Below are positions 19,161 to 29,015 of a stretch of DNA of 64,000 bases, piece after piece. Source of the stretch: a virus (Duplodnaviria; Caudoviricetes). The stretch is from positions 1,302-65,301 of IMG/VR virus record IMGVR_UViG_2857375656_000002. One strand, given 5' to 3'. The notes below the pieces were generated by a model. It made no database searches. It saw nothing but the letters and a program-made list of their open reading frames with translations, and was not told where the DNA came from. How positions within the stretch are numbered: the stretch's first letter is position 1; each line of letters starts with the position of its first letter. Made by a program: the position numbers and the translations under genes.

Positions 19161-19233
19161 GGACCGCATGGTGATGCCTGATCGAGATAGAAAGTCTTGC
19201 GAAACTCCCGCAGGCAGTACACGTACTGTCAAA

Positions 19234-21021
19234 TTAATTCTCGTTAATGGATGTGGTAAAGTCGAAGCGTCCTGATCTGATTTCATCTCGAAAATTGTCG
19301 CCGTATTTCTGTTCCCAAAACTTGATGTAGGGCGTCAGAACCATTCGCAACACCAGCCACCACAGCATGACCGCTGCATCACCCTTGAAGACGTGGGCAG
19401 GCACGTATCCATGGGACAGGTGGTTGCGCATGTCCCCATACACTTTATCCAATAGAATAGCCCGTAAATTTCCGAGTAGCGGCGCCCCCAGATCAGCAAT
19501 CAGCAACTCTTCATCGAGCAGGGCCTTTAGGCCGTCTCGCTCCTGAGAGTTGTCCGGGTATCGCTTTGAAGGCTCCTTCTCGAACTGCTTTAAGCGATAA
19601 CGCAGGGAGTTCTCTAACTGGGGGATGAGATAATGGACTGCCGAAAGGTAATCGCCATTTAGTCCCGCCACCAGACCACGCGAAAAGAACTCCTGATGAC
19701 CATCCGGTACTAGCGGGTTTCTCGCCAAGAAAGAGTCCAAGATCTCCTCATGAAAATAATATTTGCTCGCAATACCGTCCAAGGCGGGCAGGATTCTGGC
19801 ATTGACCTCTAATGTATGATCGTTCCGTAGGCTCTGCATAGCCCAGTCATGGGCGGTATCTGCTTGCGCGTCCTCGCCTTCGGCAGCACTTGGCGTAACC
19901 GCGACTGTCATCCCCTCATGGTCGATATGAATCCCACCGAAATCAGCCAACAATGGATCCAAGCTCGATCCGACAGTATCTTTTAAGGTTTCAAGATCAG
20001 AAGGTTTTGATATGGCAAAAGCGAGTCGGAAGATCGAGTCATACACGTCTGTCCCTTCAGTAACCTTTTCTGCATGCTCGGCATATTCACGCAGACTTCC
20101 GAATGAATGAGAGAAAAGCCCCATCTCATGTTGGATATCACGTTGTGCCTCTCTCAATTCCTTGTAGAGTTCGTCTCGCTTAGACCGCGTACCCGGTATG
20201 CGCTCTAGGGCTTCGATGGCCTGCATGTAGCAGGACGCGGCGATAGAACCTTTATGCACCCGCGCTTCCGCTTCGTGGCACTCGGCAATTAGCTGGAGGA
20301 TTTGATGGGAGCGTGGTTTGTCCCCATGACAGCTTTTGAGTGATGTCTCGAGAACTGAAACTGCAATCCGATACTGTTTACTATCAAAGAAATGTCGATG
20401 TGTTTCGAGCGCCTTGGCATAGAGGAAATCATCATCTTTTATACGGTATTCCCAGCAAAGCCTCAGCAGATTGACGTCAGAGCGCAACAGTTCGTCCGAA
20501 GCTAAAAGCTCATTCATGTAATCATATACAGCGCTACGGTCTGTCAATTGTCGTAGCGAAGCAACGAGCATTAGCGCGCGCTCAACCCTGGCAAATGCGG
20601 GAAAGTTTCGTCCGGCCTCAAACAGTCGCTTGGCAGACTGTATGTATGCGCTGACAGCAATCTTTGGCTGCTCCTTGTCACGCACTTCCAGCCATACCAA
20701 ATCGCTGAGTCGAGCCCGCAACTCATGGTTTTTGATAAGAGGAGTGGCATTAGCGAGCGCTTGCATTGCCTTGCTATTGAAGTCGCCGATACGCGCGCTT
20801 GTCTCTCGCTCGGTACGCCATAGGGGCCTGAAGGGGACCCTCTTGTCACTAGGGTGCAGCATCATCGTTGCCGCGCACTGTAAGACGAACGCGGCAGGCT
20901 CACCTGCGAAATCAGCCAGCTTGACAGCCAGATCATGGCATTCGAGGATGTTCTCTGCCTCGAATCCTGTGAAGAACCGCTCGAACTCCTCCGAAGTTAC
21001 TTCCTGTTGCTTCAAATCCAT
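19234..21021 (-). CDS. DUF4209-type HEPN protein (595 aa)
   Basis: AGGAGG RBS; C-terminal HYLIPQLENSLR and RNHLSH (Rx4H) HEPN motif. Confidence 0.75.
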   Translation of the reverse strand: MDLKQQEVTSEEFERFFTGFEAENILECHDLAVKLADFAGEPAAFVLQCAATMMLHPSDKRVPFRPLWRTERETSARIGDFNSKAMQALANATPLIKNHELRARLSDLVWLEVRDKEQPKIAVSAYIQSAKRLFEAGRNFPAFARVERALMLVASLRQLTDRSAVYDYMNELLASDELLRSDVNLLRLCWEYRIKDDDFLYAKALETHRHFFDSKQYRIAVSVLETSLKSCHGDKPRSHQILQLIAECHEAEARVHKGSIAASCYMQAIEALERIPGTRSKRDELYKELREAQRDIQHEMGLFSHSFGSLREYAEHAEKVTEGTDVYDSIFRLAFAISKPSDLETLKDTVGSSLDPLLADFGGIHIDHEGMTVAVTPSAAEGEDAQADTAHDWAMQSLRNDHTLEVNARILPALDGIASKYYFHEEILDSFLARNPLVPDGHQEFFSRGLVAGLNGDYLSAVHYLIPQLENSLRYRLKQFEKEPSKRYPDNSQERDGLKALLDEELLIADLGAPLLGNLRAILLDKVYGDMRNHLSHGYVPAHVFKGDAAVMLWWLVLRMVLTPYIKFWEQKYGDNFRDEIRSGRFDFTTSINEN

Positions 21022-21065
21022 ATTTCCTCCTAGGCAAGAACGATATCTCGGCCATTTGCTCAAAA

Positions 21066-21287
21066 CTAACCGAACTGAAGTTGCTTGATGCGCTGGTAGT
21101 CTCGTAAAAATATCTCATGTAGCCTTGGGCCTTTCCTTCCTGGAGAAGGGCCAGTCGTGTACACCCACGACTGCCACCTCAAAGCTTCCTCGACCCGCGC
21201 GGATCCAATGAAATTATATTTGACGCAGGCATGCGGACTGAAATGAATATGTTCAACGGTAGCCAAGGGATATCTCTGTAAGAGCAA
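21066..21287 (-). CDS. Possible small ORF or gene remnant inside the element
   Basis: ORF upstream of DUF4209 gene; no recognised motif. Confidence 0.3.
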   Translation of the reverse strand: MLLQRYPLATVEHIHFSPHACVKYNFIGSARVEEALRWQSWVYTTGPSPGRKGPRLHEIFLRDYQRIKQLQFG

Positions 21288-21348
21288 GCGTCAATGTCCA
21301 TGGGCGCCCTATCTAGCTTTGGGCGTCCATAGTATGCAACTTATTCTT

Positions 21349-21408
21349 ATCAATGCTGTAGATCTCGACGGCGGGCACCAGGCGCTCGATCACCGTCATG
21401 ACCCGCTC
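21349..21408 (-). pseudogene. umuC: rulB/umuC internal fragment (20 codons up to catalytic Asp)
   Basis: ERVMTVIERLVPAVEIYSID. Confidence 0.85.
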
Positions 21409-21409
21409 A

Positions 21410-21490
21410 AAAGCCCGCTGGCACCTGGAACGAGCACAGGGGCAATTTGACGCCACCGGCACCTATCGGGCCCAAAATATTGAAGCCCAT
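21410..21490 (-). pseudogene. umuD: rulA/umuD 5' fragment (27 codons) joined to rulB by deletion
   Basis: MGFNILGPIGAGGVKLPLCSFQVPAGF then TGA at 21409-21407. Confidence 0.82.
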
Positions 21491-21511
21491 GCCGCGCGCC
21501 CTTTACAAAAT

Positions 21512-21527
21512 CTGTATGAATGTACAG
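21512..21527. promoter_or_regulatory. LexA (SOS) box of the rulAB promoter
   Basis: CTGT-ATGAATGT-ACAG, 21 bp upstream of the rulA ATG. Confidence 0.85.
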
Positions 21528-21730
21528 TTAACATCGGGCCGGGCGCGCGATCAATTTCGTGTAAGAGATATCTGACAAGCGGGGCAGGTTGCCCCGGGTC
21601 GTCTGCATATGCGACGCCAGCGCCAGGGGTTCATCGACGCCTGGGCCCGCGAGTAACGTAGAAAATCCAAAGGGAGCTCCCATTCAGCTGTGTTAGTTTG
21701 GAGGGATACACCGTTTAAAGAGTTGGCCCA

Positions 21731-22330
21731 ATGAGCACCCCAGATCCCAGAAGCATCGCGATGGCAGACGCATTTACGGCGATAGTCCAATCCTTAAAGG
21801 GTGAGTCAGATAGAGGAACGATAGTTTTGGCTGCTGCTTGGCTAGATGACTCACTGACAAAGATATTACGTGTTTATTTCAATACCTCTCCGTCCGAGAA
21901 GAACAGCATTTTTTCACCAGGCCAAGCCATTGGTGATTTTGGAACAAAGATAAAGATTGCGGCAAAGTTGAATCTAATAAACAGTCACATCGAAGATTCT
22001 CTTTCAATATGTAGAAAATTGCGCAACGAATTTGCTCACCTTGCGAGCGAGTTATCATTCCAAACGCCTAGCGTAAAGAGCAAGATTGAGAATCTTTTCC
22101 AGCTGAATCACAGCATCATCGATGCCATGGGTGAGACATTCGATGAACTGATGAATGCTGCTGACGAAGCAGGCAAAGCCTCTATCAAGACCATGCGTGA
22201 TCAACTCGGCGCGAAAGAGCTATTTCGCTTTTTGTGTGGCTCCCTAAGTAGTGGCTTGGCCGGATTGGAATTCGGACTTAAGGCTAGCGCCCCTGATTAC
22301 GACTTAGAGTTATTGGCTGATATTGAATAA
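21731..22330 (+). CDS. MltR-like HEPN protein
   Basis: ESDRGTIVLAAAWLD...GTKIKIAAKLNLI...RKLRNEFAH (Rx4H). Confidence 0.75.
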   Translation: MSTPDPRSIAMADAFTAIVQSLKGESDRGTIVLAAAWLDDSLTKILRVYFNTSPSEKNSIFSPGQAIGDFGTKIKIAAKLNLINSHIEDSLSICRKLRNEFAHLASELSFQTPSVKSKIENLFQLNHSIIDAMGETFDELMNAADEAGKASIKTMRDQLGAKELFRFLCGSLSSGLAGLEFGLKASAPDYDLELLADIE

Positions 22331-22420
22331 TTAACAGTTTTGGTGGTTTGATCACGCCCATTCGTACCTCGGGCGTTAACACTGATCAGAATCAAACTTC
22401 ACCGATTGGTGGTTCGCCCG

Positions 22421-23173
22421 CTAGCCAGCAGCTTCGGGTTGCTCAGTTTCCAGCAGTTCCCCTTCAACTTGCTCAGGTTCGACCGGCTGCTCGCCCGCCG
22501 CATCAAGCTGCTCGGCCTCGGCTATTTCCTGTGCCTGACGTTGCATCTCTGCCTGGTGTTGAATTTGGCGCCAGCGCGAGATCTGCCGGTCAACCGCCTG
22601 GTCGTAATCAGCCGCAGACATCTTGTGCTGTGGGAAGTCCTGTACGGCATCCCATGCGCTCTGGTCGAGCCGTAGCACGTCGCGGTGCATGGTGTAGCGG
22701 AGCTGGTCGTGCAGAATGGACTGAACAACGCCAGGAAACACATCAGGAGCAGCATCCTTCGGCAGGCCGATCAGCTTCATTGAGGCGTCAAATGCAGCTG
22801 CCTTTGCGGTGAGTGGCGTCTGGACGTCCTGCAGCGTTCGGCAATTTTGGACCGACTGATCCACCATCGCGCGCAGCGATATGCAGTCAATCTGGGCGCC
22901 CTTGAGTCGTTCACTGCTGTCGCTCAGCAACTTGACCAGGGTCTCGTAAACATGGATCACCGCCTTGCTGGGCGCTTTTGCCGCAGTAGAGCGACACGCG
23001 GGACACTCGCCGTCCTGGCGCTGCCCGGCGGGGCCGAACCAGCCACAACCGCATGAACAGAGCACCTGGCCGTCCAACGGCAGCGGGTTCAGCGCGCGGA
23101 TTGGCTCTCGCTCACCTGGTTTCAGGCGGTCTGAATCAGTGAAAAGTGTCGGATCTGGAGATTTTCCAGGCAT
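22421..23173 (-). CDS. Hypothetical protein with Zn-ribbon-like motif
   Basis: CSCGCGW...CPAC; acidic C-terminal tail. Confidence 0.6.
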   Translation of the reverse strand: MPGKSPDPTLFTDSDRLKPGEREPIRALNPLPLDGQVLCSCGCGWFGPAGQRQDGECPACRSTAAKAPSKAVIHVYETLVKLLSDSSERLKGAQIDCISLRAMVDQSVQNCRTLQDVQTPLTAKAAAFDASMKLIGLPKDAAPDVFPGVVQSILHDQLRYTMHRDVLRLDQSAWDAVQDFPQHKMSAADYDQAVDRQISRWRQIQHQAEMQRQAQEIAEAEQLDAAGEQPVEPEQVEGELLETEQPEAAG

Positions 23174-23249
23174 CTGGAGTACCTACTGGGTGGGGCCTCA
23201 CGGCCGGATTAAGTGGGGTGCGGCCCCTTTGCCAGCGGGCCGCTTTCGA

Positions 23250-26200
23250 TCAACTGGCGAGCTGGTCCCGGTCCTGGGCCAGCTTGGCCAGCTCCTGCTT
23301 CTTGCGTTCGGCGCTCATTCCTCCGAGGCGTACCGCTGCCATTTTGGCATTGATGGACTTCACAGTTGGCTTCGAAGCCGCGGCTGCCAGCGGCTTGGCG
23401 GTGTCGCCAGCCTTGAGCCAGGCCTTGAACTCCGGCATTTTCATCTCGGTGACGTCGCCCACGCTCCAGTCCTTGTCGAAGTTTGACTTGTAGGCTTTGA
23501 TCGCCGCCGTCTGGCTGGTGTAACCCAGCATGACCTTGTGCTCATCAAACTTGCCTGAGCCTTGGTCTTTCTGGTCCACGACGAACACACGCTGACTGAA
23601 AGGCTCAGGACCGACGTACACGTCAACCTGGTCGCCATCAGCACCGGTGGTGCGCTTGATGTAGCCGTAATGGTCGGACATGGAATGCGACCACTCCTTG
23701 CCGTTCGCATCGACGCCTTTCCGCTCAGAACCGCGTGGGTTTTCGATGGCGATGTTCAGCCCCTGCAGCTTGATATGCCCCTTGCGATAGTTGCCCGCTT
23801 CCTTCTGGGCAGTACTCGGTTCAGGCAGATCGTTATCCGGAGAGGTAGCGGCACTTCGAGCAGCGAGGTCCAGCGCTTTGGCAGGGGGCAAGGCGGCTTG
23901 ATCGTCACCAGCCTCCGGCAGAACGTCACCGGGCTTGGCGCCATCCTTGTCGCCATATTGCTCCGCCTGGTCCTCGTGCAGCTTTTCAGCGTACGCATTA
24001 GCGCTCTCGGGGTTCTTGAACATACCGAGGTGCTTGCCGGTGCGCTGATAAGTCTGGATCGCCTCGTCGTCCGACATGATCCTGCCGTCATCGCTTACTG
24101 TGGGAATGAGCACTTCCTTGCCATCGATGCCGATCGACATTGATCGAACGGTGCTGATCGAGCCGTCTGCGTTCCTGACCGTGGGCCTGGCGTTCAAATC
24201 AATGTTGCCCGCAGTGATTTGCCCTGGCACAGGTGCTGGGGAGGTGCGATCAGCCCCTTGAATACCAGCAGCGACTGACGCGCGCGACGCCTCGGGCGGG
24301 GTTGGTTGTTGTTCCGACTCATCGCCTCCCAGGGCTGAAATAACAGCACCCGGTGCAGCTATTTGCGACGGTGCCTCGATCGCGGGCATCGGCTGAACGT
24401 CTTGAGCCTTCGCAGCAACTTCGGGCTTGAGCAGGCGCTCAGCTACAGCGTCATCCGAACGAGCGTGCAATCGATCACGGGTGCCTTTGTAGCCAGCCGC
24501 GATAGTCTTGCCGGTCAACGCCAAGAACCGCCCGCCCATAAGATCAGCAAGCGCTCCGCCCGCCCTTTCCACCGCTCCGCTTTCATCATCAACTTCGGCC
24601 ATTCGCCGAGCGGTAGCGCTATTACCGGTTGCTCGCTGGCGGAGAGCAGTCGACGCCACTTCCTGATCGAGCAAGGTGTTCCAGCGGTCCCGCGCAGCCT
24701 TATTCGGCAACATTGCGCCGATTTTCTCGCGCATGTTCCGTGAGTTGAGATCTCGAACAACATCCGAATAGGTGCTGGTCTTGCTGCCCATTTTGCCGAT
24801 CACAGACGAAACCGCGCCGGTCGCGAAGCCTTCTCGGTCGGCAGGCGACATTCTACGGAACGTGTCTGCGAACTCCTCGGGACTCATTTTTTGATTGAAG
24901 ATCAGATCGCGCCCTTTCTCCGTTGCCCCCATATAGCTGGAGTCGTCAGACCAGACTTTCCGCGCTTTGGAATAGGTGGGGCTGTGCTCATCCATGATGC
25001 CGAGCAGCTTGTTTTTGATGTTGATGATGTCGCCTGCCCGGCCCTTCTCCCCCGACCGCATGAACGCGCCAATCTGGTCATCGAGGTTTTTCTTCATGAT
25101 GTCCAGGTCGCCGGTGCTGGGCACATCCTTGACGGTGAACGTTCCATCGTCGGCCAATTCTACAAACTTCCCGTAGAACGGGCGGCCTTGGTTTCCAGCG
25201 CGCGTCTTAGCATCACGGAATGCCGTCTGCATAGCCGGGCGGGCCATTAACTCCTCAAGCTCCTTGGTCCAGGGCACCGGTTCTTTGTAAGCCTGCTCGT
25301 ATAAGGGCGCGGCCGCTTTGGCGCGCTCTTTCATCGTATCTTCAAGGGCACGGTAGGCACTCCGGCGCTGTTCTGGTGTGCCGCCGGCGGCCATATCGTC
25401 GGCGACCTTCGACATCGCATCGCCCTCACGCGAGCCCGGTGCAGGCGGCTGCCAAATAGTCATCTCCTTGGAATCGGACATAGCCACCGGTTTGTCACGG
25501 CCACGACCTGCGCCGGTCAGCCTGTAGAGTTGCTCAGCTACGCGATCAGGTTGAGCTGCCTGGCGTTCATTCAGCGCAGGGATGATCTTGGTGCGCCCAG
25601 CACCTGGCGTATTCGCTACACGCTCCAGAAGGCCTGCTACGTTCTCGCCCCCAGCGTCGACGGGCAGAGCGGCCGGGTTTTCTTCACGCATGGCCTGAAC
25701 CCGACGCTGCCACTCCTCAAGGCTAATGCCGTCTCGCTCAAGCGCGCGCTGAAGTTGACGGTTTGCCGAGTTCTCTGATGAAGTCAGCGCACGCTTGACG
25801 GCGCCGGCGGCTACTGCTGCCACAGGTAAAGCACCGCCTACAACACCCCCGAGTGCCGCCCCTTCCACTGCGCTAGGAATGCGGTCAGCGAGATCCCCCT
25901 GGCCTGATCCCAGGCCATACAACCCGCCGTAAGCCGAACCGGTGGCTGCCGACCGACCAATAACTTGCGCGGTCGTGGGAGCTGCCGCTGCCGAAGCGCG
26001 AGCCGCCAGGCCTGGCAAGGCAGTGGTACCGCCGCTGGCAAGCATTGGAACAACACCACCGACTAATCCGCCGCCGATATTTGCAACCGGATGCTGGTCG
26101 CGTGAGGCCGCATCAAGGTTGCGCTCGCCCGCGACGTTCTGGTCATATCGCTCCCGCCAGGTCTTGCCTGGGTTGCCGGTACCGATCAATGGCTCCAGGG

Positions 26201-26444
26201 TTGCCGCAAGGCCGCCGGAAATTTCGTCAGCAAAACCGAAGGTCAGGCCGTCATTCAGGCCTCGCAAGCCCGCCCGAAAAGCGCCGACCTCTGGTGCTGC
26301 TGGCTTCTTTGGTGCGTCCGCGGCGGGCGCGCTCATCTTGGCCATCTGGGAGAACACTTCTTGAGCCTGCTCCGGGGTGGCTCCATCGGGCATCTCGAAA
26401 CGAGCAATACGGCCGTCCGGCATCTCAAACTTTGCGATTGGCAT
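23250..26444 (-). CDS. Large ejection/internal virion polyvalent protein (1064 aa) with C-terminal InPase-like domain
   Basis: [11 protein letters not shown] start, Gly/Ala TM-like segments, then GNYRKGH...IENPRGS...HYGYI...[12 protein letters not shown]...FDEHKVMLG. Confidence 0.75.
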   Translation of the reverse strand: MPIAKFEMPDGRIARFEMPDGATPEQAQEVFSQMAKMSAPAADAPKKPAAPEVGAFRAGLRGLNDGLTFGFADEISGGLAATLEPLIGTGNPGKTWRERYDQNVAGERNLDAASRDQHPVANIGGGLVGGVVPMLASGGTTALPGLAARASAAAAPTTAQVIGRSAATGSAYGGLYGLGSGQGDLADRIPSAVEGAALGGVVGGALPVAAVAAGAVKRALTSSENSANRQLQRALERDGISLEEWQRRVQAMREENPAALPVDAGGENVAGLLERVANTPGAGRTKIIPALNERQAAQPDRVAEQLYRLTGAGRGRDKPVAMSDSKEMTIWQPPAPGSREGDAMSKVADDMAAGGTPEQRRSAYRALEDTMKERAKAAAPLYEQAYKEPVPWTKELEELMARPAMQTAFRDAKTRAGNQGRPFYGKFVELADDGTFTVKDVPSTGDLDIMKKNLDDQIGAFMRSGEKGRAGDIINIKNKLLGIMDEHSPTYSKARKVWSDDSSYMGATEKGRDLIFNQKMSPEEFADTFRRMSPADREGFATGAVSSVIGKMGSKTSTYSDVVRDLNSRNMREKIGAMLPNKAARDRWNTLLDQEVASTALRQRATGNSATARRMAEVDDESGAVERAGGALADLMGGRFLALTGKTIAAGYKGTRDRLHARSDDAVAERLLKPEVAAKAQDVQPMPAIEAPSQIAAPGAVISALGGDESEQQPTPPEASRASVAAGIQGADRTSPAPVPGQITAGNIDLNARPTVRNADGSISTVRSMSIGIDGKEVLIPTVSDDGRIMSDDEAIQTYQRTGKHLGMFKNPESANAYAEKLHEDQAEQYGDKDGAKPGDVLPEAGDDQAALPPAKALDLAARSAATSPDNDLPEPSTAQKEAGNYRKGHIKLQGLNIAIENPRGSERKGVDANGKEWSHSMSDHYGYIKRTTGADGDQVDVYVGPEPFSQRVFVVDQKDQGSGKFDEHKVMLGYTSQTAAIKAYKSNFDKDWSVGDVTEMKMPEFKAWLKAGDTAKPLAAAASKPTVKSINAKMAAVRLGGMSAERKKQELAKLAQDRDQLAS

Positions 26445-26454
26445 GACTTGCTCC

Positions 26455-28002
26455 TTATTCGAAGCCGAGGAATTTGGCACCGTGAGGGAGTTCAGCAGGT
26501 GATGCCTTCGAGGTTGTTGCTGGCTGACGAGTCGGTGATCCAGCCGAAGGCATACTGAGGCCGCGCTGCTGGTCGACCTGCGGAATGACGGTGCCGATAT
26601 CCAGTGGCTCAGCACGTGCATTATGCCGGCGCTGCTGGATCATGTTGGTCTTGAGCTCCATTGCCTTTTCGTTCAGTGCACGGATTTCAGTCAGGCGCTG
26701 CTGCACCAGCGCCGGATCGTTGATGTTGGTGATGAGCTCATTCCAGGCCCGCTGGGCGTCACCGTCCGTCTGCACACCTGCATTGAGTCGCAGACTGGCG
26801 TTACGTAATTGCTCCAGTGTCGAGTTGAGCGAGCCGTAGTTCCTCGACTCCTCGGTACTCATGCCCATCGCGTTGCGCGCCGCTGCGAGTTTGTTATTGA
26901 CCGGGCCGAGGTTGAGCTTCCCGGATGTGATCTGCTCACCGATTTTCGACAACTGATCGTTCATGGTTGATGCGGCGGCGATCGCCTCCAGATCCTTGTC
27001 CTCGGCTTTTTGAACTGGCGCCGCAAGCGGTTTGCTCAGTTGATCTTTCGGGGCCAACCCCATTTGCTGACCATACCGCAGCGCGGCCTGCCTGTTTTCA
27101 GGGGTGTTGAAAACTCCGCTCAGCAGTTTGTAGCCGGACACACGGTCAGCCAACTTCTCAATGGGCACCTCGAGCACTTCGTCGTCAGCATCGTTCGCTG
27201 TGCCACGATTCTTGGTCATGGGCGCGGTGTATTTCTTCCCGTCATCACCGGTGACTTCCAGCTCAAACACCACCGTGCCCTCGGTCTGGCCGGGCATCAC
27301 CTGAACAATGCGTTTTTTGCCGCCGCCCCCCTTCTGGATGTCAGGACCGAACACCCGATTTACAGCATCCAAGGCTTCCGGGGCATTGGAGTTGAGCTCT
27401 CCGGTGAATACTTTGCCGGCGGTGGCCACGTCGCCTTGCATCGCGGGAGAAAGGACGTGCCGGGGGTCCATCCATGGGTTGCGCTTGAAGACTTCGAGGT
27501 CGTTGTCATCTAGGTCACCGCCGGCGGCGATTTTGGCATAAGCCGATTTCGCTGTGAGCGCATCCTGCTGTTGCATATCCGCTTTGTCCTGCCGGCCGAT
27601 CTGGCGGGTCAGCTGCTGTTGCTGAAGGTCAAAGCGCTGATCCTCGCGCTGCATCCTCGCCGCCGCCTGCCGTTGACCGGCCACCTGAAGGCCGTAGGTT
27701 GCCTGGAATTGGCGATCCTGGCGCGCAGCGTTATCGGCATCGCGCTGGTGGAGGTATTGACGCTGGGCCTGAGTGTCAGTGTAGTTTCGCTGATCAGTTT
27801 CCCGGCGATATGCCAAGTCGTCTTTGCGCAGGCCCATCTCCTGCTGCTGGATCTCGCGACCGTATTGCCGGTCCTCTGCCTGTTGAGCGAGTTGAGCCTG
27901 CTGGAGTGCTCGCTGGTCCTTCTGCGCGAGGAGATTGCTTACCAGGCCAAAGCCTTGGGTGAAGCCATCCATTCCGCCACGGGTATCTAATCCGCCTGCC
28001 AT
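26455..28002 (-). CDS. Ejection (internal virion) protein
   Basis: GFTQGFGL N-terminus, Gln-rich coiled coil, [11 protein letters not shown] motif, ends [11 protein letters not shown]. Confidence 0.72.
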   Translation of the reverse strand: MAGGLDTRGGMDGFTQGFGLVSNLLAQKDQRALQQAQLAQQAEDRQYGREIQQQEMGLRKDDLAYRRETDQRNYTDTQAQRQYLHQRDADNAARQDRQFQATYGLQVAGQRQAAARMQREDQRFDLQQQQLTRQIGRQDKADMQQQDALTAKSAYAKIAAGGDLDDNDLEVFKRNPWMDPRHVLSPAMQGDVATAGKVFTGELNSNAPEALDAVNRVFGPDIQKGGGGKKRIVQVMPGQTEGTVVFELEVTGDDGKKYTAPMTKNRGTANDADDEVLEVPIEKLADRVSGYKLLSGVFNTPENRQAALRYGQQMGLAPKDQLSKPLAAPVQKAEDKDLEAIAAASTMNDQLSKIGEQITSGKLNLGPVNNKLAAARNAMGMSTEESRNYGSLNSTLEQLRNASLRLNAGVQTDGDAQRAWNELITNINDPALVQQRLTEIRALNEKAMELKTNMIQQRRHNARAEPLDIGTVIPQVDQQRGLSMPSAGSPTRQPATTSKASPAELPHGAKFLGFE

Positions 28003-28083
28003 TGTTGTCTCCCGACAATAGTATTTCCCGGACATCACTCGGCAGGATGACTGCTGTAGTCCAATGAAAAAGGTTGTTTGTGT

Positions 28084-28302
28084 TCACCGCTCCAGTTCAT
28101 GCGAGCGGTTTAAAGCGAGCGAATCTATGCTTCCGCGCACATCCTCTACCCGCTCCGTAACCTGATCTAATCGCTCTACATTCAGGTCTGAGGCAACCCT
28201 GATCAGCTTAGGTAGATCTTTCCTCAGCAGCTGTACCGCCTGACGGAGCAGCAAGTAAATGAGCAGAAGCAAGATGGCGATAACCCAAAGCGCAAGTTCC
28301 AT
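28084..28302 (-). CDS. Small membrane protein (moron-like)
   Basis: MELALWVIAILLLLIYLLL TM followed by short coiled coil; AT-rich flanks. Confidence 0.6.
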   Translation of the reverse strand: MELALWVIAILLLLIYLLLRQAVQLLRKDLPKLIRVASDLNVERLDQVTERVEDVRGSIDSLALNRSHELER

Positions 28303-28346
28303 GAGCGATTCTCAAAGAAATAAAAATTTGAGTGTAGCGCAGCTAT

Positions 28347-28595
28347 CTACATAAACGACCCAGCGATGTAGCCAATCCCCGCTCCGATTGCCGTACCAAC
28401 AGGGCCAAAAGCTGAGCCCACCATGGCGCCTGTTGTAGCCATGCCTACCTGGCTGGATTGAGTATTGGCCTTGGCTTGCTGATTCATCTGGTCCTCGGCA
28501 ATCTTGGCTTGCTGTTGCTGTTGAGACAGCTGCGAGAGGCCTTGCATGGCTTCTCCCTGTATTTCCTGCTTAAGACCAATCAGTCCATATCCCAT
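28347..28595 (-). CDS. Small ejection protein with glycine zipper
   Basis: GAMVGSAFGPVGTAIGAGIG. Confidence 0.7.
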   Translation of the reverse strand: MGYGLIGLKQEIQGEAMQGLSQLSQQQQQAKIAEDQMNQQAKANTQSSQVGMATTGAMVGSAFGPVGTAIGAGIGYIAGSFM

Positions 28596-28598
28596 AAT

Positions 28599-29015
28599 TT
28601 AACTCCCAGATTTCAATCCGCTGAGGCCCATCCCGCCAGCCATGATTTGCTCTTGCAGGTCGCGCGCCGAAACGCGGGCGTTGTTGCTCGCGTCCACAGT
28701 TGCAGATGCTCGGCCGAGTTGCATCTTCCGGTCCTGGGCGGCCTGCTGGGCGGGTGACAGCATCAAACCCATTCCCTGCTGCTGCATTTGCAAACCCTGC
28801 GCTGCGCTATCAAAGCTTTTATTTACCGAATCGGTGGCGGTTGCAGCCTGCTCGCCTGCGAAAGATTCGCTGGTGGCGATGTTGGCCAGCTTGTCGACGT
28901 ATGGTTGAAAACGAGCTTTCCAATCGTCCCACTGGGAGCGACTCAGTTGGCCCAGCACCGTGGAAGCACCTTGTTTTCCAGCGAACGCTGCATTCGGATC
29001 GACGTAGTAAGGCAT
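28599..29015 (-). CDS. Putative ejection protein
   Basis: Gln/Ala-rich, QWDDWKARFQPY. Confidence 0.68.
   Translation of the reverse strand: MPYYVDPNAAFAGKQGASTVLGQLSRSQWDDWKARFQPYVDKLANIATSESFAGEQAATATDSVNKSFDSAAQGLQMQQQGMGLMLSPAQQAAQDRKMQLGRASATVDASNNARVSARDLQEQIMAGGMGLSGLKSGS

Larger units (their letters stand above)
18697..21348. mobile_element. Decayed integron-like element inserted in rulB
   Basis: rulB codons resume on both sides (…YSID at 21349-21360 and EAF… at 18696); contains a tyrosine recombinase remnant and cargo. Confidence 0.78.

Noticed and set aside
19006-19275. Active second integrase
   Set aside because: Upstream in-frame stops and no HxxR/H/Y half; remnant only
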